DNA of 32,000 nucleotides, from assembly GCF_001457615.1 (NCBI RefSeq), contig NZ_LN831024.1, positions 1,920,001-1,952,000 of the forward strand, given 5' to 3'. Within the stretch, counting starts at the first letter, position 1. Every line of letters begins with the position of its first letter. A program made the translations under genes and the position numbers. Below the pieces are notes generated by a model. It worked only from the letters and a program-made list of their open reading frames with translations. It did no database searches and had not been told where the DNA came from. This stretch comes from Pseudomonas aeruginosa (GTDB lineage Bacteria; Pseudomonadota; Gammaproteobacteria; Pseudomonadales; Pseudomonadaceae). Positions 31,704-32,000 of the stretch are shown here, piece by piece.

Positions 31704-32000
31704 ATGATAGCGGAGCTCCCAGCAGTGCGGGTTCGGGCTTTTACCCAAGGTAGATCCGTTCCCAGTTCGAGATTTCGCGTGAAGGCTCTGCTCGAAGGGC
31801 TTGGCACGCGAGGTATCGACATGCATATGTCGGAAGCGCTGGTCTCTGCCTATCCTCCGCCTCGTCGACTGGATCGCCCGCTTTGGTTGCTGAGAGAACT
31901 GCTTCACCGCCTTCCTCAGGTAATCGGCTCTTACGGAAGTGACGTTGTGATCCTTCAACGAGAGCTTCTCTCGACAATTCCAACTCTTGAGTTTCTTACC
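31704..32000 (+). CDS. probable glycosyltransferase, 5' part only (99 codons, runs off the window)
   Basis: Not in the ORF track because no stop lies in the window. ATG 31704 is preceded by AAGGAGGGG (31689-31697, 6-nt spacer) and the frame stays open to nt 32000. My translation MIAELPAVRVRAFTQGRSVPSSRFRVKALLEGLGTRGIDMHMSEA...DVVILQRELLSTIPTLEFL resembles the N-termini of group-1 glycosyltransferases found in polysaccharide clusters. Confidence 0.6.
   Translation, partial: MIAELPAVRVRAFTQGRSVPSSRFRVKALLEGLGTRGIDMHMSEALVSAYPPPRRLDRPLWLLRELLHRLPQVIGSYGSDVVILQRELLSTIPTLEFLT

Noticed and set aside
31619-31753. 44-codon ORF (MGPGLVGSAQSTAISRWTGV...) in the wzx-glycosyltransferase spacer, preceded by GGAGG.
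   Set aside because: The SD is only 2 nt from the ATG. The ORF overlaps the much better supported glycosyltransferase start (AAGGAGGGG plus ATG 31704) in another frame. The peptide has no features.
26070-32000. I searched the low-GC block for defence, toxin-antitoxin, integrase or transposase genes, or any novel system hitch-hiking in the island.
   Set aside because: All substantial ORFs are explained by O-antigen functions (wzz, wbpO, wbpP, wzx, glycosyltransferase). The remaining small or antisense ORFs have no start signals or motifs.

Overview
The first ~26 kb is high-GC Pseudomonas aeruginosa-type core chromosome. A hand-counted 60-nt line reaches 73% GC. It runs from the 3' part of zwf through pgl-eda, a Nudix hydrolase, rluB, an exported protein and a GGDEF cyclase. 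Then come an IclR / formimidoylglutamase-like / gltS operon, a ubiG-mupP-SDR operon, and the divergent mtaD/mtnA methionine-salvage pair. The last core block is the co-directional gyrA-serC-pheA-hisC2-tyrA::aroA-cmk-rpsA-ihfB block. Gene order and protein sequences match what I recall of PAO1 PA3183 down to PA3161, read here in the opposite orientation. This is recognition from memory, with no search run.

A small LapA-like membrane protein gene follows ihfB. At ~26.07 kb the composition drops sharply (sampled lines 37-57% GC) and an O-specific-antigen locus begins. It holds wzz, wbpO, wbpP, a Wzx-type flippase and the 5' end of a glycosyltransferase, which is the arrangement I recall for the serotype O6 wbp cluster.

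I saw no tRNA or rRNA genes, CRISPR arrays, IS elements, integrases or prophage genes. The many long antisense ORFs in the six-frame track are GC-rich shadow ORFs.

I found no convincing evidence for an undescribed multi-gene system, and every credible ORF is accounted for. The signals most worth checking are small regulatory or architectural ones:
- a sigma-54-type promoter upstream of the GGDEF gene
- an array of TTCC/GGAA palindromes and GGGAAG repeats upstream of the IclR operon
- a 4-codon mini-ORF with a strong SD just before an SD-less, GTG-initiated wzz
- a compositional mosaic inside the O-antigen cluster
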